Origin: Corynebacterium amycolatum
GTDB taxonomy: Bacteria; Actinomycetota; Actinomycetes; Mycobacteriales; Mycobacteriaceae
Length of the DNA: 32,000 bases
Assembly (NCBI RefSeq): GCF_049243625.1
Contig: NZ_CP046975.1
Direction: 5' to 3' (one strand)
Part shown: piece after piece, positions 8,195-17,133 of the stretch
Numbering within the stretch: position 1 is the stretch's first letter
How the letters are laid out: every line of letters starts with the position of its first letter
Program-made: the position numbers and the translations under genes
The notes under the pieces: generated by a model
Database searches by the model: none
The model's input: the letters and a program-made list of their open reading frames with translations, nothing else
Told to the model about the DNA's origin: nothing

Positions 8195-9211
8195 ATGAAG
8201 GCACGCTTTTCCACGCGCATCGCGGCGCTAGTCGCCAGCGCCGGCCTCGTCGCAGGTCTCGGCGCATGCTCCAGCAATGATGACAGCGCTACGTCCGCGG
8301 ACAAGTCCGAAGACACCATTAAGGTGGTCACCTCCACCAAGGTCTGGGCGGACGTCGCCGACGCAGTCACCGACGACGAGAAGGTCGCCATCGACCCGAT
8401 TATCGCGTCCAACGACATCGATCCTCACTCCTACGAACCGGCCGCAACCGACATGGCAAAGGTAGAGGACGCCGATATTCTCGTCGCAGGTGGCGGGCAT
8501 TACGACGCATGGCTGACCTCCTCTCTGCGTGACGCAAAGGATAAGGTCATCATCTCTGCGCTGCCGCAGGAAGAGGGCCACAATCACGATCACGATCACG
8601 AGGGCCATGACCATGAACATGACCATGATCACGAGGGCCACGATCACGACCACGAAGGCCATGACCACGACGGCCACGACCACGACCATGGCGACCACGA
8701 AGGCCACGAGCACCACCACGATGGCGAGGCCAACGAGCACGTCTGGTACGACACCGATGCGGTTGAAGAAACTGCAGAGCAGCTCGCCGAAGCTCTGACC
8801 AAGATGGGCGCCAAGGCCGACACCAAGGCTGTCGACAAGGAAATCAAGGACATCGAAGAGGCCAAGAGCAAGCTCAAGGCCGCTAAGGTTGCTCAGGTTC
8901 ACCCGCTGGCCGATGACATCCTGAAGGACACGAAGATCAAGGACATCACCCCGAAGGGCTACCGTCAGTCCACGCTGAATGAGTCCGAGCCGTCGGCAAG
9001 CGATGTCAATGAAATGCTCAAGCTGATCGAGTCCGGCGAGCTGGACTACCTCATCGACTCGCCACAGACCCACGACCAGGTCTCGCAGCGACTCGTCGAG
9101 GCAGCCAAAGCAAAGGGCGTTAAAATCGTCGATGTTTTTGAGTCACCCAGCACTGACCAGTCGTTCTTTGACCTCTACAAGCAAACCCTTTCCGATATGG
9201 AGTCCGCATAA
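8195..9211 (+). CDS. Metal (probably zinc) ABC transporter substrate-binding lipoprotein, ZnuA/TroA family, with a long His-rich loop
   Basis: Lipobox LVAGLGAC. It has the TroA-like cluster-9 fold pattern and a roughly 55-aa loop HNHDHDHEGHDHEHDHDHEGHDHDHEGHDHDGHDHDHGDHEGHEHHHDGEANEH. The track starts at TTG 8183, but ATG 8195 seems more likely. Confidence 0.85.
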   Translation: MKARFSTRIAALVASAGLVAGLGACSSNDDSATSADKSEDTIKVVTSTKVWADVADAVTDDEKVAIDPIIASNDIDPHSYEPAATDMAKVEDADILVAGGGHYDAWLTSSLRDAKDKVIISALPQEEGHNHDHDHEGHDHEHDHDHEGHDHDHEGHDHDGHDHDHGDHEGHEHHHDGEANEHVWYDTDAVEETAEQLAEALTKMGAKADTKAVDKEIKDIEEAKSKLKAAKVAQVHPLADDILKDTKIKDITPKGYRQSTLNESEPSASDVNEMLKLIESGELDYLIDSPQTHDQVSQRLVEAAKAKGVKIVDVFESPSTDQSFFDLYKQTLSDMESA

Positions 9212-9213
9212 CT

Positions 9214-9894
9214 TTGCCCTCACTGACTTTTACTGACGCAGCCGTCGAACCGCTGTGGTCCGGTCTGAATTTGGATATCGAGCCCGGCGAGTTCTTGGCC
9301 ATCCTGGGTCCGAACGGCGTCGGCAAATCCACGCTGCTGACCACCGCCCTTGGCATGCGACGGCTGACTCACGGTTCAGTAAAAGTCGACGGAAACCTGG
9401 GCTACATTCCGCAGCAGCGGATGTTCGAGCCCTCGCTGCCCATTCGGGTTCGCGACCTCGTCGAGCTGGCGGCCGGCAAGAACCGCTCCGCCACCGACCA
9501 GATGCTGGAGTTTGTCGGCGCAACGGGTATTGCGGACCGTCGTGTCGGCACGCTCTCTGGCGGTCAGCAGCAGCTTGTCCGTCAGGCACAGGCGCTCGTT
9601 TCGGCGCCGGATTTTTTGCTTTGCGACGAGCCTCTGCTCTCCCTCGACCCTGCGGCACAACGAACCACGGTCAAGCGCCTGGACCGGCATCGCCGGGAAA
9701 ATGACACGGCAGTCGTCTTTGTCACCCACGACATCAACCCCATCCTGGGCGTCTGTGACCGGGTGCTCTACCTGACGCCGCATGGACATGCGGTCGGATC
9801 GGTCGAGGAAATTATCACCTCAGAGACGCTCTCGGAGCTCTACCAAACCAAAATTGTGGTTGCCCGTGTCGAGGGAAAGTTGGTTATCGCCTAA
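9214..9894 (+). CDS. Metal ABC transporter ATP-binding protein (ZnuC-like)
   Basis: Walker A GPNGVGKST, signature LSGGQQQ, Walker B FLLCDEP. TTG start 2 nt after the upstream stop. Confidence 0.9.
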   Translation: MPSLTFTDAAVEPLWSGLNLDIEPGEFLAILGPNGVGKSTLLTTALGMRRLTHGSVKVDGNLGYIPQQRMFEPSLPIRVRDLVELAAGKNRSATDQMLEFVGATGIADRRVGTLSGGQQQLVRQAQALVSAPDFLLCDEPLLSLDPAAQRTTVKRLDRHRRENDTAVVFVTHDINPILGVCDRVLYLTPHGHAVGSVEEIITSETLSELYQTKIVVARVEGKLVIA

Positions 9895-10766
9895 TGACCC
9901 TACTGGCTCAGTATTTCTCCGACACCGCCGCCCTACTCCAGGTCGGATTCGTCCACAATGCCCTCATTGCAGCAGCACTGCTTGGGCTAATTTCCGGCAT
10001 CATCTCGCCCCTGATTGTCATGCGGCAGATGAGCTTCACGGTCCACGGCACCAGTGAGCTGGCACTCATGGGCGCATCCGCGGCTCTATTACTGGGTGTC
10101 AGTGTCAGCAGCGGCGCCATTATCGGCTCGGTGCTCATCGCAATAGTCCTGGCAGCACTGTCGCTTCGAGGGCGCCAAGATGCGGTTGTGGGCGTGGTTT
10201 TGAGCTTCGGCATGGGCTTATCGGTGCTGTTTATCCACCTCTACCCTGGCCGGACAAGTACCGCGTTTTCACTTCTCACCGGCCAGATCATTGGTCTGAC
10301 TGACACTTCTCTATGGACGATGGCCATCGTCGCGGTCATCGTCGTCGGCGGCGTTGCCTGGAAATGGCGGCCGCTGCTATTCGCCTCCGCTGACCCCATC
10401 ATGGCCGCCGCCTGTGGTGTCAACGTCAAGGCGCTATCGATCTACTTCGCGATTCTCACCGGTCTCGTCGCCGCCCAGGGCGTGCAAATTGTCGGCTCCC
10501 TGCTCGTCATCGCCCTGATTATCACCCCGGGTGCCGCGGCCGCATTCGTCACTGCCTCGCCGGTGAAGGCCATCATCCTGTCGACCATCTTCGCCGAGGT
10601 CGCGGCTGTCGGCGGCATCGTCCTCTCGCTCGCACCGGGCATCCCGGTCAGCGTTCTAGTGACAACAATCGCGTTCGTCATCTACCTGACCTGCTACGCC
10701 ATCGGAACGGTGCAGTCGCGTAAGGCAACGCGTGACGACGTTCAGGCTGCCAAGTGGAGCAAATAG
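9894..10766 (+). CDS. Metal ABC transporter permease (ZnuB-like, ABC-3 family)
   Basis: TAATG stop/start overlap with the ATPase gene. Polytopic hydrophobic protein of typical ABC-3 length and composition. Confidence 0.9.
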   Translation: MTLLAQYFSDTAALLQVGFVHNALIAAALLGLISGIISPLIVMRQMSFTVHGTSELALMGASAALLLGVSVSSGAIIGSVLIAIVLAALSLRGRQDAVVGVVLSFGMGLSVLFIHLYPGRTSTAFSLLTGQIIGLTDTSLWTMAIVAVIVVGGVAWKWRPLLFASADPIMAAACGVNVKALSIYFAILTGLVAAQGVQIVGSLLVIALIITPGAAAAFVTASPVKAIILSTIFAEVAAVGGIVLSLAPGIPVSVLVTTIAFVIYLTCYAIGTVQSRKATRDDVQAAKWSK

Positions 10767-10810
10767 ACACATACGCTTTTCGGAGTGGCTTTTAAAACAA
10801 CAAAAACATC

Positions 10811-10889
10811 GGGCAGCTCCTCGAGTGACGATTGCGGAGAAGGTGCGTCCACCTCCCCTCTCGCCACCGAGGGGCTGCCCGTATTTTTA
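10811..10889 (+). terminator. Long compound hairpin followed by a T-run; probable terminator of the ABC operon
   Basis: gggcagc.cctcg (10811-) pairs with cgagg.gctgccc (-10880) and is followed by gtattttta. An inner ggtg/cacc helix is also possible. Confidence 0.4.
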
Positions 10890-11322
10890 CTGGATTCTCT
10901 AAAAGCAGACTCCAATACCCCCGCTCTTTTTAAGACTGCGAGGCTGCCGAAATGGGGTGACCCGGCAGACAGAAAAACTAACGCTGAGGATGTCGTGGTC
11001 TGACATCTCAGTGACCCAAAAGCTAGCTGTACAAGCCACCGCTAGGTCCGTGAGCATCCCTAAATTACGGCCAATTACGCCCCCATTTCTAGGAGCATGA
11101 TTTGCCCGCCCTCCCCTTCAGGAAACTACGGATAATTTTCTGTTGGAAGTGATAATAACGCCGTCATTTCTGCAGCGCACGCCGGAAATAGAATTATCTT
11201 TAAAGCGCTGAACTACTGGGGGTAGCCATAAGTACCGGCCGCCATTTAGAACGCAAAATACCCCACGTAAACGCCATTACTATGACGAATTGGTAATGGT
11301 GCCTACGGGGGTATCAAATGCG

Positions 11323-12267
11323 CTACTGGCTACTCTTTGCCCGGCGCTGGCGGGCAAACTCACTCAGAGTCACGCCGGCAGCAACGGAAGCGTTGAGCGA
11401 CTCAACCCAACCGGTCATCGGAATGGACATGATGGTGTCACAGGTATCGCGCACCAGGCGCGAAAGTCCCTTGCCCTCGGAGCCGACGACCACAACCACC
11501 GGGGTGGTGCCGTCGTAAGTGTCCAGAGTGTGATCGCCACCGGCATCCAGTCCAACGACCTGGTAACCAGCCTTCTGGAACTGCTTGAGCGAGCGCACCA
11601 TGTTGGTCGCCCGCGCAACCGGCAGACGCGCAGCAGTACCAGCAGAGGTACGCCAGGCGACGCCCGTAATGGCAGCCGAGCGACGCTCCGGAATCACCAC
11701 ACCGTGACCACCAAAGGCCGCCACCGAGCGAATGACCGCACCCAGGTTACGCGGATCAGTGATGTTATCCAGGCAGACGATAAGGCCCGGCTCACCGGTC
11801 TTGGCCACAGAATCAATCAGATCTTCGACAGATGCGTACTTGTACGGCGGAATCTGCAGGCCGATACCCTGGTGCATGGTGTTGCCGGTCATGGTGTCCA
11901 ACTCGTGGCGGGGTACCTCGCGAATCGGGATACCACGGGAGTTAGCAATACGCACTGACTCCTGCAGGCGCTCGTCATTGTCGGTACCCAGCGCCACAAT
12001 CAGCGCGGCCGCTGGCACCTTTGCATGCAGGCACTCCACGACCGGGTTACGGCCAACTACCAGCTCGGTGCCATCCCCCTTGCGCTCATGACGCCCCGAG
12101 TCACGGCGGCGCTTCTCTTTCGCCCGCTTATGAGCTGCGTGATAAACGCGGTCCTCTGCTTTCGGGGTCGGCCCCTTGCCACGCAAGCCACGCTTTTGGC
12201 CACCGGAGCCGCCAACGTTCTTCTTGCTTGCCTTGCGCACTGCACCACGACGACCGTTGCCTGCCAT
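11323..12267 (-). CDS. rlmB: 23S rRNA (guanosine-2'-O)-methyltransferase RlmB (SpoU/TrmH family) with a basic N-terminal extension
   Basis: [36 protein letters not shown] and [18 protein letters not shown] are SpoU motifs. RBS aacAGGAAGcag. It lies 57 bp downstream of cysS, as in M. tuberculosis cysS1-Rv3579c. Confidence 0.85.
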   Translation of the reverse strand: MAGNGRRGAVRKASKKNVGGSGGQKRGLRGKGPTPKAEDRVYHAAHKRAKEKRRRDSGRHERKGDGTELVVGRNPVVECLHAKVPAAALIVALGTDNDERLQESVRIANSRGIPIREVPRHELDTMTGNTMHQGIGLQIPPYKYASVEDLIDSVAKTGEPGLIVCLDNITDPRNLGAVIRSVAAFGGHGVVIPERRSAAITGVAWRTSAGTAARLPVARATNMVRSLKQFQKAGYQVVGLDAGGDHTLDTYDGTTPVVVVVGSEGKGLSRLVRDTCDTIMSIPMTGWVESLNASVAAGVTLSEFARQRRAKSSQ

Positions 12268-12324
12268 AGCTACCTGCTTCCTGTTGTTAATAGTTTTCTT
12301 TAGCCTAAAGCCAGCTTTTCAGCC

Positions 12325-13740
12325 CTAGTCAGCGACAGACCATGCTGGACCATCCGCGGTATCAGTTACCTCGATACCCGCTTCCTTCAGGCGGTCGCGC
12401 ACAGCATCAGCCGTAGCCCAGTCCTTCTCTGCACGAGCCCGGGTGCGTTCCTCCAACTGGTGCTCAACCAGCACACCGAGCGCATGCATTGCTGCATCAG
12501 AACCGGAATCGGAGGTTGCCCACTGCTCATTCAGCGGATCGAATCCAAGGACTGCGGCCATAGCGCGGACAGCACCGGCAATCTCCTTGGCCTTGGTCTC
12601 GTCGCCGTCGGCAAGCGCCTGATTGCCTCCACGAACAGCGTTGTGGATTTCTGCGAGCGCGCGCGGGACAGCGAGGTCGTCGTCGAGCGCTGCTTCGAAC
12701 GCCGGCGTCCACTCACCGATTTCGATATCGCCGAGCTTATCGACGGCACGGTGCATAAACGCCTCGATACGACGGTAGCCCGCTGCCGCTTCCTGCAGAG
12801 CCTCCTCGGAGTACTCCAGCACGGAGCGGTAGTGCGCACTGCCGAGGTAGTAACGCAGCTCAACCGGACGAACCATGGTCAAAATGTGCGGCACAGACAA
12901 AACGTTGCCGAGCGACTTCGACATCTTTTCACCGGACATGGTGACCCAGTGATTGTGCATCCAGTAGCGGGCAAAGCCGTCGCCAGCTGCGTGCGACTGC
13001 GCAATCTCGTTTTCATGATGCGGGAACTGCAGGTCGAGACCGCCACAGTGGATGTCGAACTCCGAACCCAAGTAGTAGGTGGCCATGGCCGAGCACTCCA
13101 GGTGCCAGCCCGGACGCCCATTGCCCCACGGCGTCGGCCAGGAGGGCTCGCCCGGCTTGGCGGCCTTCCACAGCGCAAAATCGTGCGCGCCACGCTTGCC
13201 CGGAGTATTGGTCTCGCCCTGCTCCATCTCCTCAACGCGGTTGCCGGACAGGCTACCGTAGTCGCTGCCTTCAGCCTTGGACCAGGCGTCCACGTCGAAA
13301 TAGACGCTGCCATCGACAGCGTAGGCGAAGCCGTTATCCATCAGACGCTGCATGTACTCCACCATCTGAGTGACATGTCCGGTAGCGCGCGGCTCAACGC
13401 TCGGCGGAAGAACGCCGAGCTGGTTGTAGGCCCAGGTAAATTCGCGCTCAAAGCGGGAGACCCACTCCCACCAAGGGCGGCCGTGCTCGGCGGCCTTATT
13501 CAAGATCTTGTCATCGATATCGGTGACGTTACGCACAAACGCGACGTCATACCCCTTGGCAATCAACCAACGGCGCAAGATATCAAAGGCCACGCCGGAA
13601 CGAACATGGCCAATGTGCGGCTGAGCCTGCGGGGTCGCACCGCACAGGTAAATGGAGGCATGCCCCTCGCGGAGAGGCTCAAAATCCTTCAGTTGGCGGG
13701 TTGCGGTATCGAAGATTTGAAAAGTCACAGCCCCGAGCAT
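12325..13740 (-). CDS. cysS: Cysteine--tRNA ligase
   Basis: HIGH motif (PHIGHVRS) and KMSKS motif ([10 protein letters not shown]), with class-I CysRS similarity along the whole length. The track ORF extends to 13794. I prefer ATG 13740 ([17 protein letters not shown]). GTG 13728 is an alternative. Confidence 0.92.
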   Translation of the reverse strand: MLGAVTFQIFDTATRQLKDFEPLREGHASIYLCGATPQAQPHIGHVRSGVAFDILRRWLIAKGYDVAFVRNVTDIDDKILNKAAEHGRPWWEWVSRFEREFTWAYNQLGVLPPSVEPRATGHVTQMVEYMQRLMDNGFAYAVDGSVYFDVDAWSKAEGSDYGSLSGNRVEEMEQGETNTPGKRGAHDFALWKAAKPGEPSWPTPWGNGRPGWHLECSAMATYYLGSEFDIHCGGLDLQFPHHENEIAQSHAAGDGFARYWMHNHWVTMSGEKMSKSLGNVLSVPHILTMVRPVELRYYLGSAHYRSVLEYSEEALQEAAAGYRRIEAFMHRAVDKLGDIEIGEWTPAFEAALDDDLAVPRALAEIHNAVRGGNQALADGDETKAKEIAGAVRAMAAVLGFDPLNEQWATSDSGSDAAMHALGVLVEHQLEERTRARAEKDWATADAVRDRLKEAGIEVTDTADGPAWSVAD

Positions 13741-13760
13741 AGCGGGGAAATAGATACGGG

Positions 13761-13811
13761 TGAAAAAGAGAAAACGGCTAGCGCACACGGGCAATGTGTG
13801 TGCGCTAGCCG
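13761..13811 (-). terminator. Strong intrinsic terminator downstream of carD
   Basis: A perfect 14-bp stem cggctagcgcacac (13775-13788) / gtgtgcgctagccg (13798-13811). On the minus strand it is followed by ttttctcttttt. Confidence 0.75.
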
Positions 13812-13867
13812 TTAACCGGAAAAGTGCAGAAAATCCCTACTGGAAGGAACCGGGGAAGGGAAACGAC

Positions 13868-14443
13868 TTATGCGTCTGCGTCCAGGTCCACCGGCTTATC
13901 GTCGGCTTCATCCTTCTTCTCACCAGCGGCACCTTCCTGTGCCAGTGTGCGGTGACGTTCGATAGTGGCATCGACGCGGGCAAAGACTTCCTCGACCTTG
14001 GCCTCATCAACGCCGTCGGCAAGCGCGAGCTCACCGACGAGAACCTGGCGAGCCTTGCTCAACATACGCTTTTCACCGGCGGACAGACCGCGGTCCTGAT
14101 CGCGGCGCCACAGGTCACGGACTACCTCAGCGACCTTGTTAATATCGCCCGAACCCAGTCGTTCCTGGTTGGCCTTGTAGCGGCGGGACCAGTTGCCGGC
14201 CTCTTCCACATCGGTCTCACGCAGAACGGAGAAGACCTTTAGCAGCCCCTCTTCACCGACAACGTCGCGGACGCCAACCAACTCGGCATTCTTGGCGGGA
14301 ACCTGGATATTCAGATCACTCTGCAGAATTTGCAGTACGAGGTACTGAACGGTCTCACCGTTAAGCTCTCGTTCAATGATGTTTTCGATTTTCGCAGCTC
14401 CGTGGTGCGGATAAACTACGGTATCGCCAATGCTGAATTCCAT
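13868..14443 (-). CDS. carD: CarD family RNA-polymerase-binding transcriptional regulator
   Basis: [22 protein letters not shown]... (CarD_CdnL_TRCF domain) and the W-containing C-domain ([10 protein letters not shown]). The start is taken at the internal Met where homology begins. Acidic C-terminal tail. Confidence 0.9.
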   Translation of the reverse strand: MEFSIGDTVVYPHHGAAKIENIIERELNGETVQYLVLQILQSDLNIQVPAKNAELVGVRDVVGEEGLLKVFSVLRETDVEEAGNWSRRYKANQERLGSGDINKVAEVVRDLWRRDQDRGLSAGEKRMLSKARQVLVGELALADGVDEAKVEEVFARVDATIERHRTLAQEGAAGEKKDEADDKPVDLDADA

Positions 14444-14597
14444 GTAATGCACACGCCCTTTCCAACGGCCTTCCACCCTATCATGTCCCCCCATGATTTT
14501 ACGGGTAGTATGAGAACATCTTAGGAAGACACTAAGGTGTTCTTTAAATACTGAAAATCCTATCGCCCATCCTCAAGCTACTGGAGGAAATCTAGTC

Positions 14598-15284
14598 ATG
14601 GCCTTCAAGTCCGTACTTCGCCGCAGCGCCCTCGTCACCGTCTCCGCAGCATCTGCAGTTGCACTTGCTGCTTGTGGCGCCGGTCAGATTTCGCAGACCG
14701 CAAATCAGCACCCGGCTGTCGACGGTGCGATGAACGGCGGCGAAGATGCTGCCGGCAAGGGTGCTGAGAACACCAACTCGGCTCTTGGCTTCGTCAACAT
14801 CCGCGACGCTCACATCCTGGTTGACCCGGAGGCTGGTACCGCTGGTCTGAAGTTCTCCGCCAGCAACCAGCAGCGCGCTGCCGAGTCAGTCTACACGCTG
14901 AAGTCCGTCACCGTTGAAGGTATCGGCGAGGTTGAGCTGAAGAAGGTCGCTGAGACTCCTTCCTTCGCTAAGGCTGCCAAGGGCGAGAACTCCCTACCGC
15001 GTGAGTGCCAGATCGTTGCCGGCCCGAAGTCCGTCATCGATCCGCTGGCTAAGACCGCTAAGGACAACACCGGCTGCATCGCGTACTACACCAATGAGCT
15101 GGACCCGAGCACCCTGGTTGGCGACAAGAGCAGCGCTGCCGGCCAGAACCGCGAGGCCACCTTCGAGTTCACTGACCCACAGGGCCAGACCAACACCTAC
15201 GACCTGGACATCACCATCTCCGCTGACATTCTGGAAGCTGGCGCACCGAACCGCGGTGCTGACGGCATGATTGAATCCAAGTAA
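14598..15284 (+). CDS. LpqE-like secreted lipoprotein
   Basis: RBS GGAGGAaatctagtc. Lipobox ALAACGAGQISQTANQ resembles the LpqE N-terminus as I recall it. Its position between carD and radA matches M. tuberculosis lpqE (Rv3584). Confidence 0.7.
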   Translation: MAFKSVLRRSALVTVSAASAVALAACGAGQISQTANQHPAVDGAMNGGEDAAGKGAENTNSALGFVNIRDAHILVDPEAGTAGLKFSASNQQRAAESVYTLKSVTVEGIGEVELKKVAETPSFAKAAKGENSLPRECQIVAGPKSVIDPLAKTAKDNTGCIAYYTNELDPSTLVGDKSSAAGQNREATFEFTDPQGQTNTYDLDITISADILEAGAPNRGADGMIESK

Positions 15285-15573
15285 GCGCAGCACGGCGCGG
15301 TTCCTGCGCTGTTCACGCGCAGCGCACTATTAGCGCTGGTACAGCGCAGTCCTGTCCCGCAAATAACGCGAGGAGCTTCATCGAGCGGGCATGGGCGATT
15401 GGTCGCTTGATACGGGCCACGGCGGTACAGTCAGTCCTTGACACATGTCATTGACTCTGCCCTGGCCCGTTCTCGCGTATCTGGGGCAATTTTTTAGCGA
15501 CATTTCCCGCACATCCCGCACCAAACGTTGTCGGGTCTGTCGCCCCCTCGTTTGAAGCAAAGGCGGTTGCACC

Positions 15574-17133
15574 GTGGCCAAGACCAAAGACGAAGCCTAC
15601 GAATGCTCGGCATGCGGTTGGCAGGTGTCGAAATGGGTTGGTCAATGTCCCAACTGCAAAGAGTGGGGCACACTGGAGAAGGTCACTATCCGCTCCAGCA
15701 GAGGGAAGTCCGGCTCCACCCTTGAGGACAAAATCGCCACCCGGGCAGCCAAGCAACGTCGCCGGAGTGCTGCCACAACGGAGCCCGGCACGCGAGGTGA
15801 CCGTCGTAAAGCATCTTCCACTTCCGTCGCGGCTGAGAGCCAGCGTTTAGCACAGCGCGCGCTTGACGACGATGCGGAGGAACGTTTCCTCGCCGAGACA
15901 TCCGCAACAGATCGAATCCCCACTTCTTCTTCTGAGCTGACGGCCATTACCGGGATTTCCGCCAAAGCTGCGCACGCGGTGCGCACGGGCATCGGTGAGC
16001 TGGATCGGGTGCTCGGTTCGGGTATTGTGCCGGGTTCGTTGGTGCTCTTGGCCGGCGAGCCGGGGGTTGGTAAGTCGACGTTGCTGCTTGAAGTGGCCTA
16101 TCGCTGCGCGGACGGCGATTTGGGGCCGACACTTTACGTCACAGGTGAGGAGTCGGTCGGTCAGGTGCGACTGCGTGCCGAGCGCACTGGCGCGCTGTCG
16201 GACTCGCTGTACCTGTCGGCGGTGTCGAATATCGAGGACGTCATCGATCTGACGCTAGAGCTCTCCCCCGGTCTGCTCATTGTGGACTCCGTGCAGACGA
16301 TGCGTGCCGACGTCGAAGGTGCTCGCGGTGGCGTTGCTCAGGCCCGCGCCGTAACCTCTGCCCTGGCGGCGTTGGCAAAGGAGACCGGGACTGCGATTTT
16401 CTTGGTAGGGCACGTGACCAAGGACGGCAATGTGGCCGGCCCGCGCACGATGGAACACCTCGTTGATGTGGTACTCAACTTCGAAGGCGATAGACACTCG
16501 GGGCTACGCTTCTTGCGGGGTCTGAAAAACCGCTTCGGCAGCACCGATGAGGTGGGCTGCTTCGAGCAGACCGCGGGCGGTATTGCGGAAGTTGAGGATC
16601 CCTCGGGGCTGTTTTTGCATCACCGAACACCGACCTCGGGAACTGCAATTACCGTGGCCATGGATGGCCGCAGACCGCTGCTGGCGGAGGTGCAGGGCCT
16701 GGTAATCAACACCGAGGCACATAATCCACGACGCAATGTCTCTGGTCTCGACCCGAGGCGCGTGCCGATGGTCGCGGCCGTGCTGACTGAACACGGTAAC
16801 TTCAAGCAGTTGGCCCGCATGGAGATGTACGTGTCCACCGTCGGCGGAATGACGCTGTCGGAGCCTGCCGCGGACCTGGCGATTGCGCTGGCACTGGCCT
16901 CATCCATGACTAAGCGGACCTTCCAGGACAAAACCATTGCACTCGGCGAACTGGGGTTGGCCGGCGAAGTGCGGCGAGTGACCGATTTGGAGTGGCGCCT
17001 TAAGGAAGCTCATCGAATGGGCTTCGACACGGCAATTGTGCCCAGAGGCGCAAAAGGCCCGGCAGGGATGCAGCTGCTGGAAGCAGCCACCGTTGCCGAG
17101 GCCATTGAGCTTGGGTTAGGAGCTAAGCGCTAG
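15574..17133 (+). CDS. radA: DNA repair protein RadA (Sms)
   Basis: Zn-finger CSACGWQVSKWVGQCPNCKEWGT, Walker A GEPGVGKST, the KNRFG motif and a Lon-protease-like C-domain. GTG start. There is an unusually long linker between the Zn finger and the ATPase. Confidence 0.93.
   Translation: MAKTKDEAYECSACGWQVSKWVGQCPNCKEWGTLEKVTIRSSRGKSGSTLEDKIATRAAKQRRRSAATTEPGTRGDRRKASSTSVAAESQRLAQRALDDDAEERFLAETSATDRIPTSSSELTAITGISAKAAHAVRTGIGELDRVLGSGIVPGSLVLLAGEPGVGKSTLLLEVAYRCADGDLGPTLYVTGEESVGQVRLRAERTGALSDSLYLSAVSNIEDVIDLTLELSPGLLIVDSVQTMRADVEGARGGVAQARAVTSALAALAKETGTAIFLVGHVTKDGNVAGPRTMEHLVDVVLNFEGDRHSGLRFLRGLKNRFGSTDEVGCFEQTAGGIAEVEDPSGLFLHHRTPTSGTAITVAMDGRRPLLAEVQGLVINTEAHNPRRNVSGLDPRRVPMVAAVLTEHGNFKQLARMEMYVSTVGGMTLSEPAADLAIALALASSMTKRTFQDKTIALGELGLAGEVRRVTDLEWRLKEAHRMGFDTAIVPRGAKGPAGMQLLEAATVAEAIELGLGAKR

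Noticed and set aside
8578-8740. Short-period DNA repeats considered as a possible CRISPR array or VNTR
   Set aside because: The repeats are in-frame His/Asp/Glu/Gly codons inside a CDS with no spacer structure. They are coding low complexity, not a CRISPR array.
8228-9073. 281-aa minus-strand ORF and 77-89-aa ORFs across the His-rich region
   Set aside because: They are antisense or off-frame to the ZnuA-like gene. The V/M-rich and T/M-rich translations are simply the His/Asp codon repeat read in other frames.
10785-11003. 72-aa plus-strand ORF after the ABC permease
   Set aside because: It starts 19 bp after the permease stop and runs straight through the terminator-like hairpin. It has no RBS and no family resemblance.
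12460-13815. 451-aa plus-strand ORF
   Set aside because: It lies antisense to cysS, whose frame carries HIGH and KMSKS motifs. It is a typical high-GC shadow ORF with Arg/Gly/Ala-rich composition and no recognisable motif.
15285-15573. Looked for a RecA-independent/PafBC promoter motif (TGTCRGTG-N8-TANNNT) and terminators upstream of radA
   Set aside because: ttgtcgggt occurs at about 15528 but the downstream TAnnnT is missing. Several gcgcag/ctgcgc hairpins exist but lack T-tracts. This is not enough for a call.
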